Sequence record: PZ862964.1
DNA: 64,000 bases
DNA from: a phage
Direction: 5' to 3' (one strand)
The stretch's first letter is position 1, and each line of letters begins with the position of its first letter. The translations under genes and the position numbers were made by a program. Of the stretch, positions 29,761 through 46,204 are shown one piece after another. Below the pieces are notes generated by a model, which worked only from the letters and a program-made list of their open reading frames with translations, was not told where the DNA came from and made no database searches.

Positions 29761-29976
29761 ATGAGATTGATTATGAGAACTGAGGTTGTGGTGTTTACTC
29801 TTCATGAGTCTGGAAAGTCATTCATTGAAATTGCTCGTGAATTAAACTTACAGGCAAAAGAAGTGGCTGTATTATGGGCTCGAGCTATGACTGCTAAGAA
29901 TAAATTTGAAACTCGAGAAAAAGTTGTCTATAGAAAAAGACATATTAATAAAAAGGTGAAAAATGGAACAGTATGA
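29761..29976 (+). CDS. Small HTH-like protein (T4 24.3 position)
   Basis: 71-aa ORF; helix-turn-helix-like stretch SFIEIARELNLQAKEV; alternative start ATG 29773. Confidence 0.5.
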   Translation: MRLIMRTEVVVFTLHESGKSFIEIARELNLQAKEVAVLWARAMTAKNKFETREKVVYRKRHINKKVKNGTV

Positions 29977-30241
29977 TCTTTATGAAAATGAATCTTTTGC
30001 TAATCAATTACGCGAAAAAGCATTCAAAAGTAAACAGTTTAAGCTAGAGTGTTTTATTAAAGATTTTTCGGAACTTGCTAATAAAGCAGCTGAACAGGGT
30101 AAAACACATTTTAATTATTATTGTATTGCTCGTGATAAATTGATTACTGAAGAAATTGGTGATTGGCTGAGAAAAGAAGGATTCAGCTTTAAAGTTAATA
30201 GTGATCAGCGTGATGGTGATTGGTTAGAAATTACATTTTGA
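29963..30241 (+). CDS. Hypothetical small protein (T4 24.2 position)
   Basis: 92-aa ORF overlapping upstream ORF end. Confidence 0.55.
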   Translation: MEQYDLYENESFANQLREKAFKSKQFKLECFIKDFSELANKAAEQGKTHFNYYCIARDKLITEEIGDWLRKEGFSFKVNSDQRDGDWLEITF

Positions 30242-30250
30242 GGATTAATT

Positions 30251-31255
30251 ATGTTTAAAAAGTATAGCAGTCTTGAAAATCATTACAACTCTAAATTTAT
30301 TGAAAAACTTTATAGCTTGGGATTGACTGGTGGGGAGTGGGTAGCTCGTGAAAAGATTCACGGCACAAATTTCTCATTGATTATTGAGCGTGATAAAGTA
30401 ACTTGCGCTAAACGTACTGGTCCTATTCTTCCTGCTGAAGATTTCTTTGGGTATGAAATTATTTTAAAGAATTACGCTGATTCCATTAAAGCAGTACAAG
30501 ATATTATGGAAACCTCAGCGGTTGTATCTTATCAAGTCTTTGGCGAATTCGCTGGACCTGGCATTCAGAAGAATGTCGATTATGGTGATAAAGATTTTTA
30601 TGTATTTGACATTATTGTCACTACAGAAAGTGGCGATGTGACTTATGTCGACGATTATATGATGGAATCATTCTGCAATACATTTAAATTTAAAATGGCT
30701 CCACTTTTAGGTCGCGGTAAATTTGAAGAGCTTATTAAATTGCCAAATGATTTAGATTCTGTCGTCCAAGATTATAATTTTACAGTAGACCATGCTGGAT
30801 TAGTTGATGCAAATAAATGCGTTTGGAATGCCGAAGCAAAAGGCGAAGTATTTACCGCTGAAGGATATGTATTGAAACCTTGTTATCCTTCTTGGCTGCC
30901 TAATCGCAATCGTGTAGCGATTAAATGCAAGAATTCCAAATTTAGTGAAAAGAAAAAGTCTGATAAGCCTATTAAAGCTAAAGTTGAACTATCAGAAGCT
31001 GATAACAAATTGGTGGGAATTTTAGCTTGTTACGTTACACTGAACCGGGTAAATAACGTTATTTCTAAAATTGGCGAAATTGGTCCAAAGGATTTTGGAA
31101 AGGTGATGGGGCTAACTGTTCAAGATATTTTGGAAGAAACTTCTCGTGAAGGTATTATTCTAACTCAAGCGGATAATCCTTCTTTGATTAAGAAGGAATT
31201 AGTTAAAATGGTACAAGATGTACTTCGTCCGGCTTGGATTGAATTGGTAAGTTAA
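30251..31255 (+). CDS. rnlB: RNA ligase 2 (gp24.1)
   Basis: 334 aa; [43 protein letters not shown]... with ligase motif I lysine (KIHGTN) matches T4 Rnl2 as recalled. Confidence 0.95.
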   Translation: MFKKYSSLENHYNSKFIEKLYSLGLTGGEWVAREKIHGTNFSLIIERDKVTCAKRTGPILPAEDFFGYEIILKNYADSIKAVQDIMETSAVVSYQVFGEFAGPGIQKNVDYGDKDFYVFDIIVTTESGDVTYVDDYMMESFCNTFKFKMAPLLGRGKFEELIKLPNDLDSVVQDYNFTVDHAGLVDANKCVWNAEAKGEVFTAEGYVLKPCYPSWLPNRNRVAIKCKNSKFSEKKKSDKPIKAKVELSEADNKLVGILACYVTLNRVNNVISKIGEIGPKDFGKVMGLTVQDILEETSREGIILTQADNPSLIKKELVKMVQDVLRPAWIELVS

Positions 31256-31260
31256 ATAAA

Positions 31261-31280
31261 AAGGGACCTTTCGGTCCCTT
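31261..31280. terminator. Bidirectional terminator between convergent rnlB and gene 24
   Basis: aagggacc-tttc-ggtccctt with T/A-rich flanks on both sides. Confidence 0.8.
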
Positions 31281-31284
31281 TGCT

Positions 31285-32568
31285 TTATTCATCAATAATA
31301 ATTTTTGGTAATTTAACACCTAATAAAACAGACAAATCTGAACGACCTGCCATTTTATCCATGTCTCCACCGTCAATTATTCTTGCTTCTTTTTCATCTT
31401 TTGCTACAGTATAAGGATTTGCTGATAAAGCATATCTAACTAATAAACCGATAGACGGTTGTAAGCTTTCTGGATCAACAACAACTTTAAATGCACCCAC
31501 ATGTTCAGGGTCATCTAAGTCAAGACCTTCTGTATACGGAGCATAGAAAATTGAACCAACAATTTCTTTTTCACCGATATTTTCTACTACGCCAACGATT
31601 ACATAATCTAATGGGCTGTTGGTATCGCAATAAAGCGGTAAACCATTAGCTAAGAACCCGTAGGCATTTTGTGAAAGATATTTATCATCTTCTGGTTTAT
31701 GTTTTAACCAACCTGATGCAGCAAGAATCGCAGCGGCACGAGCTGAAGCAACACAGAACGTTGCTGTATAAGTTGATTCTTTTTGGATATGCGAAACCAT
31801 TTCACATACCATTCGGTATAATGAACGACCAGCTTCAGGAGCAGATGCATAACTCAAATCGATGAATCCACTATCAGTAATTCCTGTAACTTTATAGCGT
31901 TTTGACACTGTAATCAAAGACTGTAGAATATCTTTATTGATTTCATCTGCCATTTCAGTTGCAAGCAAATCTTCCAAGAAATTAGGAGCATCGAATCCAT
32001 TTGCTTCTAAATCTTGTGCTAATTCAACTGTGATGCCAGTTTTAAGTTTACGAGATTTAACGGCGGTTTGCCATTTATTAATCTGGAATCTAGCATCCGC
32101 AATTTCACTATCAGAGCTTTCAAATTTGCTTGTTGATGCTGCGTCAGAAAATAGACGAACCTTTAAAAGAACAATTGCAATCTGAAGAGCTAATTCTAAA
32201 TCGCTTTCTTCAATATCAGCAAATGGAGTATCTTCTAATACTTTATAAACGATATTATTATATTTGAATAAATCGCCTTTATTGAGAGTTAATTTAGACT
32301 CTTCTGTCAATTCTGTGATTTGTTCTCGGTCTACATATCCGGCTTCGCCAGCGTAAGTAGCACCAGTTTTAAATGTAAATTCATTGTCTGGGTTAAGGTA
32401 TTTGATACCATAAAAAGCAGCAACAGGTTGATTAGTTCTTTGCGTTGCTACAATGTCAGAATATATTAATTTAGTGGTAGCGCGAGTCAAAGCAACGAGA
32501 TTTGGGCGACCGATTGAGTTGCTATTCGTTGTGGTTGATTCGCGCAGAAGTTCGTTGATTTTAGCCAT
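31285..32568 (-). CDS. 24: Capsid vertex protein gp24
   Basis: 427 aa, matching T4 gp24; paralogous to gp23 fold region; synteny. Confidence 0.9.
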   Translation of the reverse strand: MAKINELLRESTTTNSNSIGRPNLVALTRATTKLIYSDIVATQRTNQPVAAFYGIKYLNPDNEFTFKTGATYAGEAGYVDREQITELTEESKLTLNKGDLFKYNNIVYKVLEDTPFADIEESDLELALQIAIVLLKVRLFSDAASTSKFESSDSEIADARFQINKWQTAVKSRKLKTGITVELAQDLEANGFDAPNFLEDLLATEMADEINKDILQSLITVSKRYKVTGITDSGFIDLSYASAPEAGRSLYRMVCEMVSHIQKESTYTATFCVASARAAAILAASGWLKHKPEDDKYLSQNAYGFLANGLPLYCDTNSPLDYVIVGVVENIGEKEIVGSIFYAPYTEGLDLDDPEHVGAFKVVVDPESLQPSIGLLVRYALSANPYTVAKDEKEARIIDGGDMDKMAGRSDLSVLLGVKLPKIIIDE

Positions 32569-32595
32569 TGCGCTTTCCTTTCAGTTTATATGATT

Positions 32596-32603
32596 TATTT
32601 ATA
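32596..32603 (-). promoter_or_regulatory. Late promoter TATAAATA for gene 24
   Basis: tatttata on + (tataaata on -) 28 nt upstream of gene 24 ATG. Confidence 0.65.
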
Positions 32604-32618
32604 CCATAAAAACAACTA

Positions 32619-32638
32619 AAGGGACCCGAAGGTCCCTT
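32619..32638 (-). terminator. Terminator hairpin downstream of gene 23
   Basis: aagggacc-cgaa-ggtccctt; U-rich tract follows on - strand. Confidence 0.75.
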
Positions 32639-32651
32639 AAATCGTCAAAGA

Positions 32652-34217
32652 TTAGATACCTTTAACATATACACGGCGGAAGTAAGCGTTCTTACCAAGG
32701 CTGTTCAGGATAGAAGGCATACCACTCTGAATGCGAGAAGCCGGAGCCTGAGCAGCGGATTCTGCAAATGGGTTGATACCGATACCGTAACGAGTTTTGA
32801 ATCCCATTACTGGTTGGAAGTTCTTCGGATCGGAACCACGCAGCGGAGTCAGAGCTACATATGGAGCATAGTAAATACCAGCATCCATTTCGTTCGGACC
32901 TTTATAACCTACAGTGAAATAATCCTGTTTAGCATACTGGTCGATATATACGCGGTATTTACCACCAAGAACACCTGCAAATACTGACTTAGTAGTATCA
33001 GTGTTAAAGCCGGTAGCCAGACCCTGTGCAGCGTAAGAAATGCCGGTATCAACTGAAGCCAGAACGTTAACTACGTTACGGGAAGCGATAATGAAGTTAC
33101 CTTCACCACGACCGGTCTGACGAGCAATTTCAACTGCTTCTTTGTCAATCTGGAACAACAGAGCTTTAAAGGATTCACCTGCCCAGCGAGCACCACGAAT
33201 ATCGATTGGGTCCTGGAAGTCAAATACACCAGCTTTAGAACCCGGAGTCAGGGTCATACCAGATTTACCAACCTGAGCTGAGTAGTTAATCCAATCAACA
33301 ACTTCACGGTTGATTTCCAGCATAATTTCTGTAGCCAGAATGCCAGACAGTTCAGCATCAGCATCCATACCGTGAACAGCGCGGAGGTCCTGTGCTAATT
33401 CGATAGAGTAAGCAGCTTTCAGCTGACGAGATTTAGCTTCGATAACTTGTTTATCGATACGGAAGCCCATTTCATTCCATGGGTTATCGGTAGAACCGTT
33501 GAAACCTTCCTGGAGTTCAGCGATAGAAGTAGCCATACCTTCAGCGATTTCTACCAGTGCACCAGCTTCCATTTGTTTCTTAATTTCAGCATCTAATTTA
33601 TCTGCATCAGTCGCACCAGCATCGATTGTTACTTGAACAGAAGCTTGCAGATATACAGTACCAGTTTCCTGGAAGAAGTGAGTATAGATATCACCTGCTG
33701 TGGTTTGTGTGCTAGCAGCCAGAGCTGGGAATTTCTTAGCAGCACCCTGACCAGAGAACATTGCATCTGGACCATACATTGGGTGGAATGCTTCTTTAGC
33801 ACCGGCAGCCACTGGGTCTTTACCATATACTGCGCGCAGTGCGAATACCTGGCCAGTCGGGCTGTTCATCGGCTGAACACCACAAATATCGAAAGCAATC
33901 AGGTTAGGAATAGCACGACGTACCATACCCATAACAGCTGGGCCAATCTGAGTTACTGCGCCAGAAGTCTGACCTGCAGCGATGTTGGTAGCATTGTAAC
34001 CGTGGTCACCACCGATTTCAGCTTCTGTTAAGAAAGAACCGAATGCCTGAGCAATTTTTTCGTCTTTATATTCCGGAGCTGTCTGGAAATCTTTTTCCTG
34101 GTTTTCAAAGATTTTAGCGATAATCGCTTGTTTGCTATTAGCAATTTCCGGTAAACCTTCACCTTCCAGTAATGGCTTCCATTTGTTCAAAAGTTCAGCT
34201 TTAGTTTTGATAGTCAT
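32652..34217 (-). CDS. 23: Major capsid protein gp23
   Basis: 521 aa, matching T4 gp23 precursor length; high codon-bias (highly expressed) composition; synteny. Confidence 0.95.
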   Translation of the reverse strand: MTIKTKAELLNKWKPLLEGEGLPEIANSKQAIIAKIFENQEKDFQTAPEYKDEKIAQAFGSFLTEAEIGGDHGYNATNIAAGQTSGAVTQIGPAVMGMVRRAIPNLIAFDICGVQPMNSPTGQVFALRAVYGKDPVAAGAKEAFHPMYGPDAMFSGQGAAKKFPALAASTQTTAGDIYTHFFQETGTVYLQASVQVTIDAGATDADKLDAEIKKQMEAGALVEIAEGMATSIAELQEGFNGSTDNPWNEMGFRIDKQVIEAKSRQLKAAYSIELAQDLRAVHGMDADAELSGILATEIMLEINREVVDWINYSAQVGKSGMTLTPGSKAGVFDFQDPIDIRGARWAGESFKALLFQIDKEAVEIARQTGRGEGNFIIASRNVVNVLASVDTGISYAAQGLATGFNTDTTKSVFAGVLGGKYRVYIDQYAKQDYFTVGYKGPNEMDAGIYYAPYVALTPLRGSDPKNFQPVMGFKTRYGIGINPFAESAAQAPASRIQSGMPSILNSLGKNAYFRRVYVKGI

Positions 34218-34235
34218 TTGTGTTAACCTTTAAAA

Positions 34236-35045
34236 TTAGAAACGAGATGCGACTTTCGCATATACACTTACAATATCTTCTGCACCCTGTGCAGCTTTAT
34301 CTTCTACAGCTTCAGTGACGAAATTCAGTCCGGCTGCTTCAGTATCAGGAGTATTTATACTCTCAGTAATAGTGCTTTCATCTTTATTAGATTTCTTCAC
34401 CATTTCTACGATTGCACTCAATTTACTTGAGAATGCATCTGAATAATCCATACCTTCGACCAGAGCAGAGACTTTTTCTTTTTGAGACTCAGTCAGATCT
34501 TTAGTACTTTCGCTCAATGCCACTTCACGCTGCACATAATTGATATATGCGTCGCGCATATTGAGTTCTTCGAACAGACGAGCTGATTCTTCTTTATGTT
34601 CTTGCAGCTCTTCTTCCATTTCAGCTACAACATCAACTGATTCTTCTGGAACAACAACGTTGTGTTCAACAAAGAGCTCTTTTAATCCACCAAGCATGGA
34701 TTCAAACAGTTCGGCTTTGATGCCTTTATCAACTGCTAATTTATTTTCAGCGAGCCATTCTTTTGCAAGATGGTCAATGAATTTAGAAGCTTGCTCAGCG
34801 ATTTTCTTCTCAGCTTTTTCTTCGGCTTCTTCTTTATTTTTTTCTACTTCTTCTTCTGCTTTTTCAGCAATTTTAGCGATATGAGATTCAGCTAATTTAA
34901 CGGCGTGCTGCTTGACGGTAGCTTCGAATACAGTGCCGAAAGTTTCTTTTGCTTCCGGAGAAATATTAACTGATTCGAAAATACTATCAAGAGCAACGGA
35001 AGCATCAATTTTCTGCGCTTCGGCAATCAGTTGTTCTTTAAGCAT
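34236..35045 (-). CDS. 22: Prohead core scaffold protein gp22
   Basis: 269 aa, highly acidic/helical (EE/K-rich), matching T4 gp22. Confidence 0.88.
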   Translation of the reverse strand: MLKEQLIAEAQKIDASVALDSIFESVNISPEAKETFGTVFEATVKQHAVKLAESHIAKIAEKAEEEVEKNKEEAEEKAEKKIAEQASKFIDHLAKEWLAENKLAVDKGIKAELFESMLGGLKELFVEHNVVVPEESVDVVAEMEEELQEHKEESARLFEELNMRDAYINYVQREVALSESTKDLTESQKEKVSALVEGMDYSDAFSSKLSAIVEMVKKSNKDESTITESINTPDTEAAGLNFVTEAVEDKAAQGAEDIVSVYAKVASRF

Positions 35046-35072
35046 TTTGTAGTCCTGTTGTTTAGATAATAA

Positions 35073-35080
35073 TATTTATA
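35073..35080 (-). promoter_or_regulatory. Late promoter TATAAATA for gene 22
   Basis: tatttata on + overlapping gp21 stop, 28 nt upstream of gene 22 ATG. Confidence 0.6.
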
Positions 35081-35714
35081 ACGCTTTTTTCATGGCCTCT
35101 GCGAGAGCCATATAGGCGTCATCGGCACTTGTATCGGCTTCCGCCGTCTGTGATTCGGTAATTTCCTTAGGAGTTACCCATGCATCTGGAGCACTTGGAC
35201 CCCATACTGCATCAACACCTACAGTTAATTTGAATCCTTCGTTTACGATACGATAACCTTTATTTGTGTCAGTCAATGAACCTAATCCACGAGAAGAAAC
35301 TCCTGGAATCCATCCGGCACGAATATTAGCTGCTAATTTATCTCCAGGACCATGGTCACCTTCAATAACACGAGCTCGTCCGTATACGTCATTTCCTTTC
35401 CACCACATATCTTCTATAATGATAGCGGCTTGCATCGGGTCAACATTAGCGCGTGGAGGATGATTTAATTCTCCGAGAGCTTGTTTAGTTAAAACTTGCT
35501 CATTAATATAGTCTTTTACCGCTTTTTCTAATATACGTTTTGGATAAAGACGTTTATTTCTATTGACGACTTCCGCTTGCATGAATATTCCTTCGATGTA
35601 TAAACCCGGTTTTAAACCTAAGTCTTTTCCATCGTGAGATTCAAGCATTGGCACGCCATCAATAATTTCGCCAGGTTGACCCCAAGTTTCAATTAGTAAT
35701 TGGGGTTCATTCAT
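35076..35714 (-). CDS. 21: Prohead protease gp21
   Basis: 212 aa, matching T4 gp21; synteny. Confidence 0.9.
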   Translation of the reverse strand: MNEPQLLIETWGQPGEIIDGVPMLESHDGKDLGLKPGLYIEGIFMQAEVVNRNKRLYPKRILEKAVKDYINEQVLTKQALGELNHPPRANVDPMQAAIIIEDMWWKGNDVYGRARVIEGDHGPGDKLAANIRAGWIPGVSSRGLGSLTDTNKGYRIVNEGFKLTVGVDAVWGPSAPDAWVTPKEITESQTAEADTSADDAYMALAEAMKKAL

Positions 35715-36139
35715 TAGCTTAATCCTAATGCTTTACGGCGTTTAAGAGCTTTTTTACGCTTACGCTGAGCACGAGATTGACCTGCTGGATTGGCAATCTT
35801 CGTTTTGGTAGCTTTACGAGCAATTTGTCTACGTTTTGCTTTAGACAGCCCAGTGGTTTGAAATGCATTACGTTCACGCGTTTTGCGATCTTTAGTGCGA
35901 GTAATTTCCCCACGGGCAGAAACATGTTTAACGATGAATTCATTTAACGGCATATTTTCATTAATAGAAGCTAATGCAACCGCTAAATCAGTTTCATCAT
36001 CAAGCATATTCTCGACAATTGTATTTATATCGTCTTTATTTAAAGCAGAAGACAATTCGTCAAAGCGACCCTGTGCTTCAGGAATAAGTGCTTCGACATT
36101 CTCGAGAACTAATTCATGAGTTTCAGGGATCAGAAGCAT
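35714..36139 (-). CDS. 68: Prohead core protein gp68
   Basis: 141 aa with basic C-terminus, matching T4 gp68. Confidence 0.8.
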
Positions 36140-36386
36140 TATTCATCATCCTCGTCTTCGTCATCTTCATCAGAGTCTTTGTCTTTTTTGTCGTCTTTAT
36201 CATCACTATCTTCGTCTTCGTCATCATCCTCGTCTTCAGGTTCTTCACCTTCGATTAAGAAATTACGAGCGATAGCGATTTTTTCTTCTTTAATTAAATC
36301 AATCGTTCTTGCAGCCATGGCTTCAGCAAATAATTTACGAGCGGCTACGAGGTCGTTTGATTTAATAGCTTCAATTAAACCTTCCA

Positions 36387-36387
<1 letters not shown>
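36139..36387 (-). CDS. 67: Prohead core protein gp67 with poly-acidic tail
   Basis: 82 aa; C-terminal [32 protein letters not shown]; T4 gp67 is about 80 aa. Confidence 0.8.
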
Positions 36388-38012
<1,625 letters not shown>

Positions 38013-38021
38013 TTAAGCAGG

Positions 38022-38039
38022 ATGGGGATTTCTCCCCAT
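38022..38039 (-). other. Hairpin downstream of gene 19 (possible terminator or RNA element)
   Basis: atgggga-tttc-tccccat; second small hairpin ctgc-tttaa-gcag adjacent. Confidence 0.45.
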
Positions 38040-38044
38040 TCATT

Positions 38045-38536
38045 TTATTCCCAATAATCGAGAGCAAGAGTTACTTCAAAGGTTTGGATTTCATTGTTTG
38101 AATCCCAATCTAATTGAAGTTCACCCACGTTAGTAGGCCACAGACCTTTAATTTCAATTTCTTTTGTTACTGTTTTAGCGTCACGAGCATATTGACGAAC
38201 GATAGCGCTCTTTTTATACTCTGCAGGTTTTCCACCAGTAATTTCGTTTCCTTGTCCCGCAGCAATGCTTTGCCAATCAACGAACTTCTGGCGAGCATCA
38301 TGAGCTTCATCGTTCATTACTGTAACAGTCCAGTCATCGAATGTACGATCGCCTGCTACGTTAATTTTACGGTTCATAAATCCGACTGGAATTTTTTCTA
38401 CAATACCAGCTGGTAAAGCAGTAGCTTTACATTGGAACGTAAAATTTTGTCCAAGATAAGAAATTTCTACTTGGAATAAGTTAGGTCGAGCAAAATCACC
38501 AGATTCAAACGCTCGTGTTACATCATCTACAAACAT
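38045..38536 (-). CDS. 19: Tail tube protein gp19
   Basis: 163 aa, matching T4 gp19; synteny. Confidence 0.92.
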   Translation of the reverse strand: MFVDDVTRAFESGDFARPNLFQVEISYLGQNFTFQCKATALPAGIVEKIPVGFMNRKINVAGDRTFDDWTVTVMNDEAHDARQKFVDWQSIAAGQGNEITGGKPAEYKKSAIVRQYARDAKTVTKEIEIKGLWPTNVGELQLDWDSNNEIQTFEVTLALDYWE

Positions 38537-38550
38537 ATTAGCCTCTGTAG

Positions 38551-38558
38551 TATTTATA
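38551..38558 (-). promoter_or_regulatory. Late promoter TATAAATA for gene 19 (proximal)
   Basis: tatttata on +, 15 nt upstream of gene 19 ATG, RBS gagg between. Confidence 0.5.
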
Positions 38559-38609
38559 TCCCTATGTTTAACCTAGGGCATATAGAATTAAAGAATTAAG
38601 GATATAGTG

Positions 38610-38617
38610 TATTTATA
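38610..38617 (-). promoter_or_regulatory. Second TATAAATA motif (distal) directly downstream of the HNH-gene hairpin
   Basis: tatttata on + at 38610-38617, adjacent to hairpin 38619-38636. Confidence 0.45.
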
Positions 38618-38618
38618 T

Positions 38619-38636
38619 GGCCTGCCGAAACAGGCC
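38619..38636 (-). terminator. Hairpin after HNH endonuclease gene
   Basis: ggcctg-ccgaaa-caggcc immediately 3' of the HNH ORF stop on the - strand. Confidence 0.6.
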
Positions 38637-38643
38637 TTTAGAA

Positions 38644-39261
38644 TCATTCTAGTAAATCCCAAAGATCTACACTATTTCTTTTTGATTTTTCTCGGTTAGA
38701 TTCCCAAGTGATTATTTCTAAATTATTAATACCGCCAATTATTTTAGCAGGAATTAAATTATCAAAACCGTATTTGATAGATACCTTATGATCAAGTTGG
38801 TAAGCACCTTTTGTACCACACACTCCTATTTTATCAGCATTTGGCCATTTTGACCAAATTTTCTTATGCTTACGAGTTTCTTTATATACCAATGAAATAT
38901 ATTCACGCATTTCAGATTTATTTGGGTTCCATCTTGGATGATTTACGCCATGCATACATTCTACTGTTTTTCCTTTATTCGCGGAACCATATGAATTATT
39001 GCGCATTTTATCTTTATGACGGCAATCACGACAAATATCAGTGTTTCTTCCAATGCGTTGGTTATATTCAATTCCACATTTATCGCAACGGCATTTTACA
39101 TACGCGGTACTACCTTTAATGTCTTCAACTTTAACATCAATTTCATAATACCTAAATCCATGTTTAACCGCTCCAAGAGGTGTTAATTTATAACCCTTTG
39201 ATTGATAATGTTTAAAATTTGATGGTACAATTTTCACTTTAACAAACTTAGAAATAATCAC
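38644..39261 (-). CDS. Free-standing HNH homing-type endonuclease inserted between genes 18 and 19
   Basis: ORF-track ORF 38644-39300; likely start GTG 39261 with RBS gagga (alternatives ATG 39294, TTG 39300). N-terminal Cys cluster CRCDKCG...CRDCRH; C-terminal HNH-like core CGTKGAYQLDHKVSIKYGFDNL...NNLEIITWESNREK. Confidence 0.75.
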   Translation of the reverse strand: MIISKFVKVKIVPSNFKHYQSKGYKLTPLGAVKHGFRYYEIDVKVEDIKGSTAYVKCRCDKCGIEYNQRIGRNTDICRDCRHKDKMRNNSYGSANKGKTVECMHGVNHPRWNPNKSEMREYISLVYKETRKHKKIWSKWPNADKIGVCGTKGAYQLDHKVSIKYGFDNLIPAKIIGGINNLEIITWESNREKSKRNSVDLWDLLE

Positions 39262-39278
39262 TTGTTTCCTCGAGAATA

Positions 39279-39292
39279 GGGGCCGAAGCCCC
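39279..39292 (-). other. GC tetraloop hairpin directly after gene 18 stop
   Basis: ggggc-cgaa-gcccc; overlaps the 5' extension of the HNH ORF, arguing the HNH start is downstream of it. Confidence 0.5.
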
Positions 39293-39300
39293 ATAATCAA

Positions 39301-41280
39301 TTAACCTGCAAGACCAGTTAACTCATCGAAGTCTGCACCAGTAGCAGTTGCGACGAAATTCAAAGTAATATAATTTATACTGCGCGCCGGTTGGATGTAG
39401 AATGTTGCAACAAACTCATTTCTATCAATTACTGACGGAGTGTTATTTGTTGTATCGCAAACTACACGATATTCATAAATTCCACCGAGAGCTTTAATTC
39501 CCTGTAAGTACTGGGCAGTTTCTGTGCGGAATGATGAACGAGTAAACGCGTTGTTTAATTCGAACAAACGATATTTTGAACTACGTCCGATGTTCGTTTT
39601 CAACATATTAAACAGACGACGAACGTTAATACGATCAAATGGAGAAGGAACAGAAGTAGCTGTTTTATCACCATACAATACGTAACCATCACCACCTGTA
39701 CCAGTTACCGGGTTGATAGCTTCTTGGTATAAACGGTCGCGCTGAGCCTGGCGAGTTTCAATAGCCAGTTTAATAACGTTAAGAATCTGGCCACGATTAT
39801 AACCAGCTGGAGACATCCAAGTCTGAGATACGTTATCGGTTCTTGCGCATAAACCAGCAATATCAGCTGCTAATGGAACCCAACGATTCACATCATTATA
39901 TTTGTCATACTGATACTTGTAGTTACCATCAATTGCTGCGTAGGTTGAACTGATATTAAAGTTATTATCAGTGTATGAACCTGTTGCGGTTCTCCAATTG
40001 ACTAAGTTATCAACCGCACGAGTTACAGGAATTCCAACTACAGTTTCACGCGGAGGAGAGCACAATACTAAGCAATCTTGGCGAGCATCCCCAATTGAAA
40101 CGACGTGTTTTTGGACAGTAGATGCTGTTTCTAAAGATTCACCGGCACAAGAACCCGCAATAAACAGTTGAACATCAACGGATTCACGGTCAGCAAAGAA
40201 GTCCCAAGCTTCCATCAAATCTCCTGCTGTTACTTCAGCATTTGATGATAATCCACCAGACAGAGTTAAAATTCCAGAGAAGCCTTCTGGCCAGTTTTGT
40301 GCAGTTGCAAAAATATATTCTGAACCACCTTTTGCGAAAAAGTCATCGATATAGATGTTACTATCGTAAATATCTTTTTCACCACGCTTAGTTGAAAGAA
40401 CAACGCTTTGAACAATAGCATCATTACGACGAACTATAATAGCATACTGTGAATCAGTTTGTGGTCCATATCCAAACACTGCTTTAGCAGTAGATGCACG
40501 AGTACCACCACCTGGATAAATTGGGAGTAATGCAGAAGCTCCTTTTGCGTAGTCAGCTTTAGATACGATTTCAATTTCAATTTTATCGCCTAATTCGCCT
40601 GGATAAAGAGCTACTACTCCTGGAATTCCGTATTTTTTAAGATTTGTTTGAAAGTCAACCGCTGTCATAGCAGCTTCAGCATTTTCAATTTCAGCTAATA
40701 AAATACCAGAATCAGTAATAATTTTTCCAAGAGTTATTACTGCAGCTAAACCAGAGGAAGACGAAGAAATTTCCGCAGTCCAGTTAGAACCTAATTCCGG
40801 ATATTCACCGACTTCTTTCGCTTTAGCGATAATTTTTGCAGTAGGAATATTAATTTTCTTAATTTTTCCATCTGCGTCTACTTCAGTAATTTTACCTTCA
40901 GTTTCAATATCATCTGAAACATATTTGACCGTGATTTTATCTCCAACTGCATAGTTACTACCTGGGGTAGAAATTGTGTATTCAATATTACCAGCAATCG
41001 GAGATGAGTTTTTAGCGGTATCTCTATCAACAGCACGAACTACTCGTAAGTCATTTCCGTACTGCAAGAAATTCATCGCAGACATAAAATAGTCAGCAGT
41101 TTCAGCGGTTGGTTGACCAAAAGTATTAACTAAATCTACTTCATTTGTAACCTGTTTAATCTGAAAAGCAGGACCCCACTGGAATTTACCGGCCAAAGCT
41201 GCTGTACCAGTAGAGTTATTAACCACGGTGCTTTGAACCGTAGTTTCTTTGAGCTCAATGCCCGGAGATAATAAAGTCAT
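39301..41280 (-). CDS. 18: Contractile tail sheath protein gp18
   Basis: 659 aa, matching T4 gp18; synteny. Confidence 0.95.
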   Translation of the reverse strand: MTLLSPGIELKETTVQSTVVNNSTGTAALAGKFQWGPAFQIKQVTNEVDLVNTFGQPTAETADYFMSAMNFLQYGNDLRVVRAVDRDTAKNSSPIAGNIEYTISTPGSNYAVGDKITVKYVSDDIETEGKITEVDADGKIKKINIPTAKIIAKAKEVGEYPELGSNWTAEISSSSSGLAAVITLGKIITDSGILLAEIENAEAAMTAVDFQTNLKKYGIPGVVALYPGELGDKIEIEIVSKADYAKGASALLPIYPGGGTRASTAKAVFGYGPQTDSQYAIIVRRNDAIVQSVVLSTKRGEKDIYDSNIYIDDFFAKGGSEYIFATAQNWPEGFSGILTLSGGLSSNAEVTAGDLMEAWDFFADRESVDVQLFIAGSCAGESLETASTVQKHVVSIGDARQDCLVLCSPPRETVVGIPVTRAVDNLVNWRTATGSYTDNNFNISSTYAAIDGNYKYQYDKYNDVNRWVPLAADIAGLCARTDNVSQTWMSPAGYNRGQILNVIKLAIETRQAQRDRLYQEAINPVTGTGGDGYVLYGDKTATSVPSPFDRINVRRLFNMLKTNIGRSSKYRLFELNNAFTRSSFRTETAQYLQGIKALGGIYEYRVVCDTTNNTPSVIDRNEFVATFYIQPARSINYITLNFVATATGADFDELTGLAG

Positions 41281-41308
41281 TTTTAATCCTCTTTAATATG
41301 CTTTAATA

Positions 41309-44449
<3,141 letters not shown>

Positions 44450-44490
44450 GATTTCTCCTAATCTGGGCTTTAATTAGTTTATAATATTTA

Positions 44491-46192
<1,702 letters not shown>

Positions 46193-46204
46193 TTAAAATC
46201 CTTT

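Noticed and set aside
34540-34884. 114-aa Ser-rich + strand ORF inside gene 22
   Set aside because: Antisense of the Glu/Lys-rich scaffold gene 22; composition artefact.
44450-44490. Late promoter between genes 15 and 14
   Set aside because: Sequence is A/T-rich (gtttataatatttatt) but contains no exact TATAAATA on the coding strand; not called.
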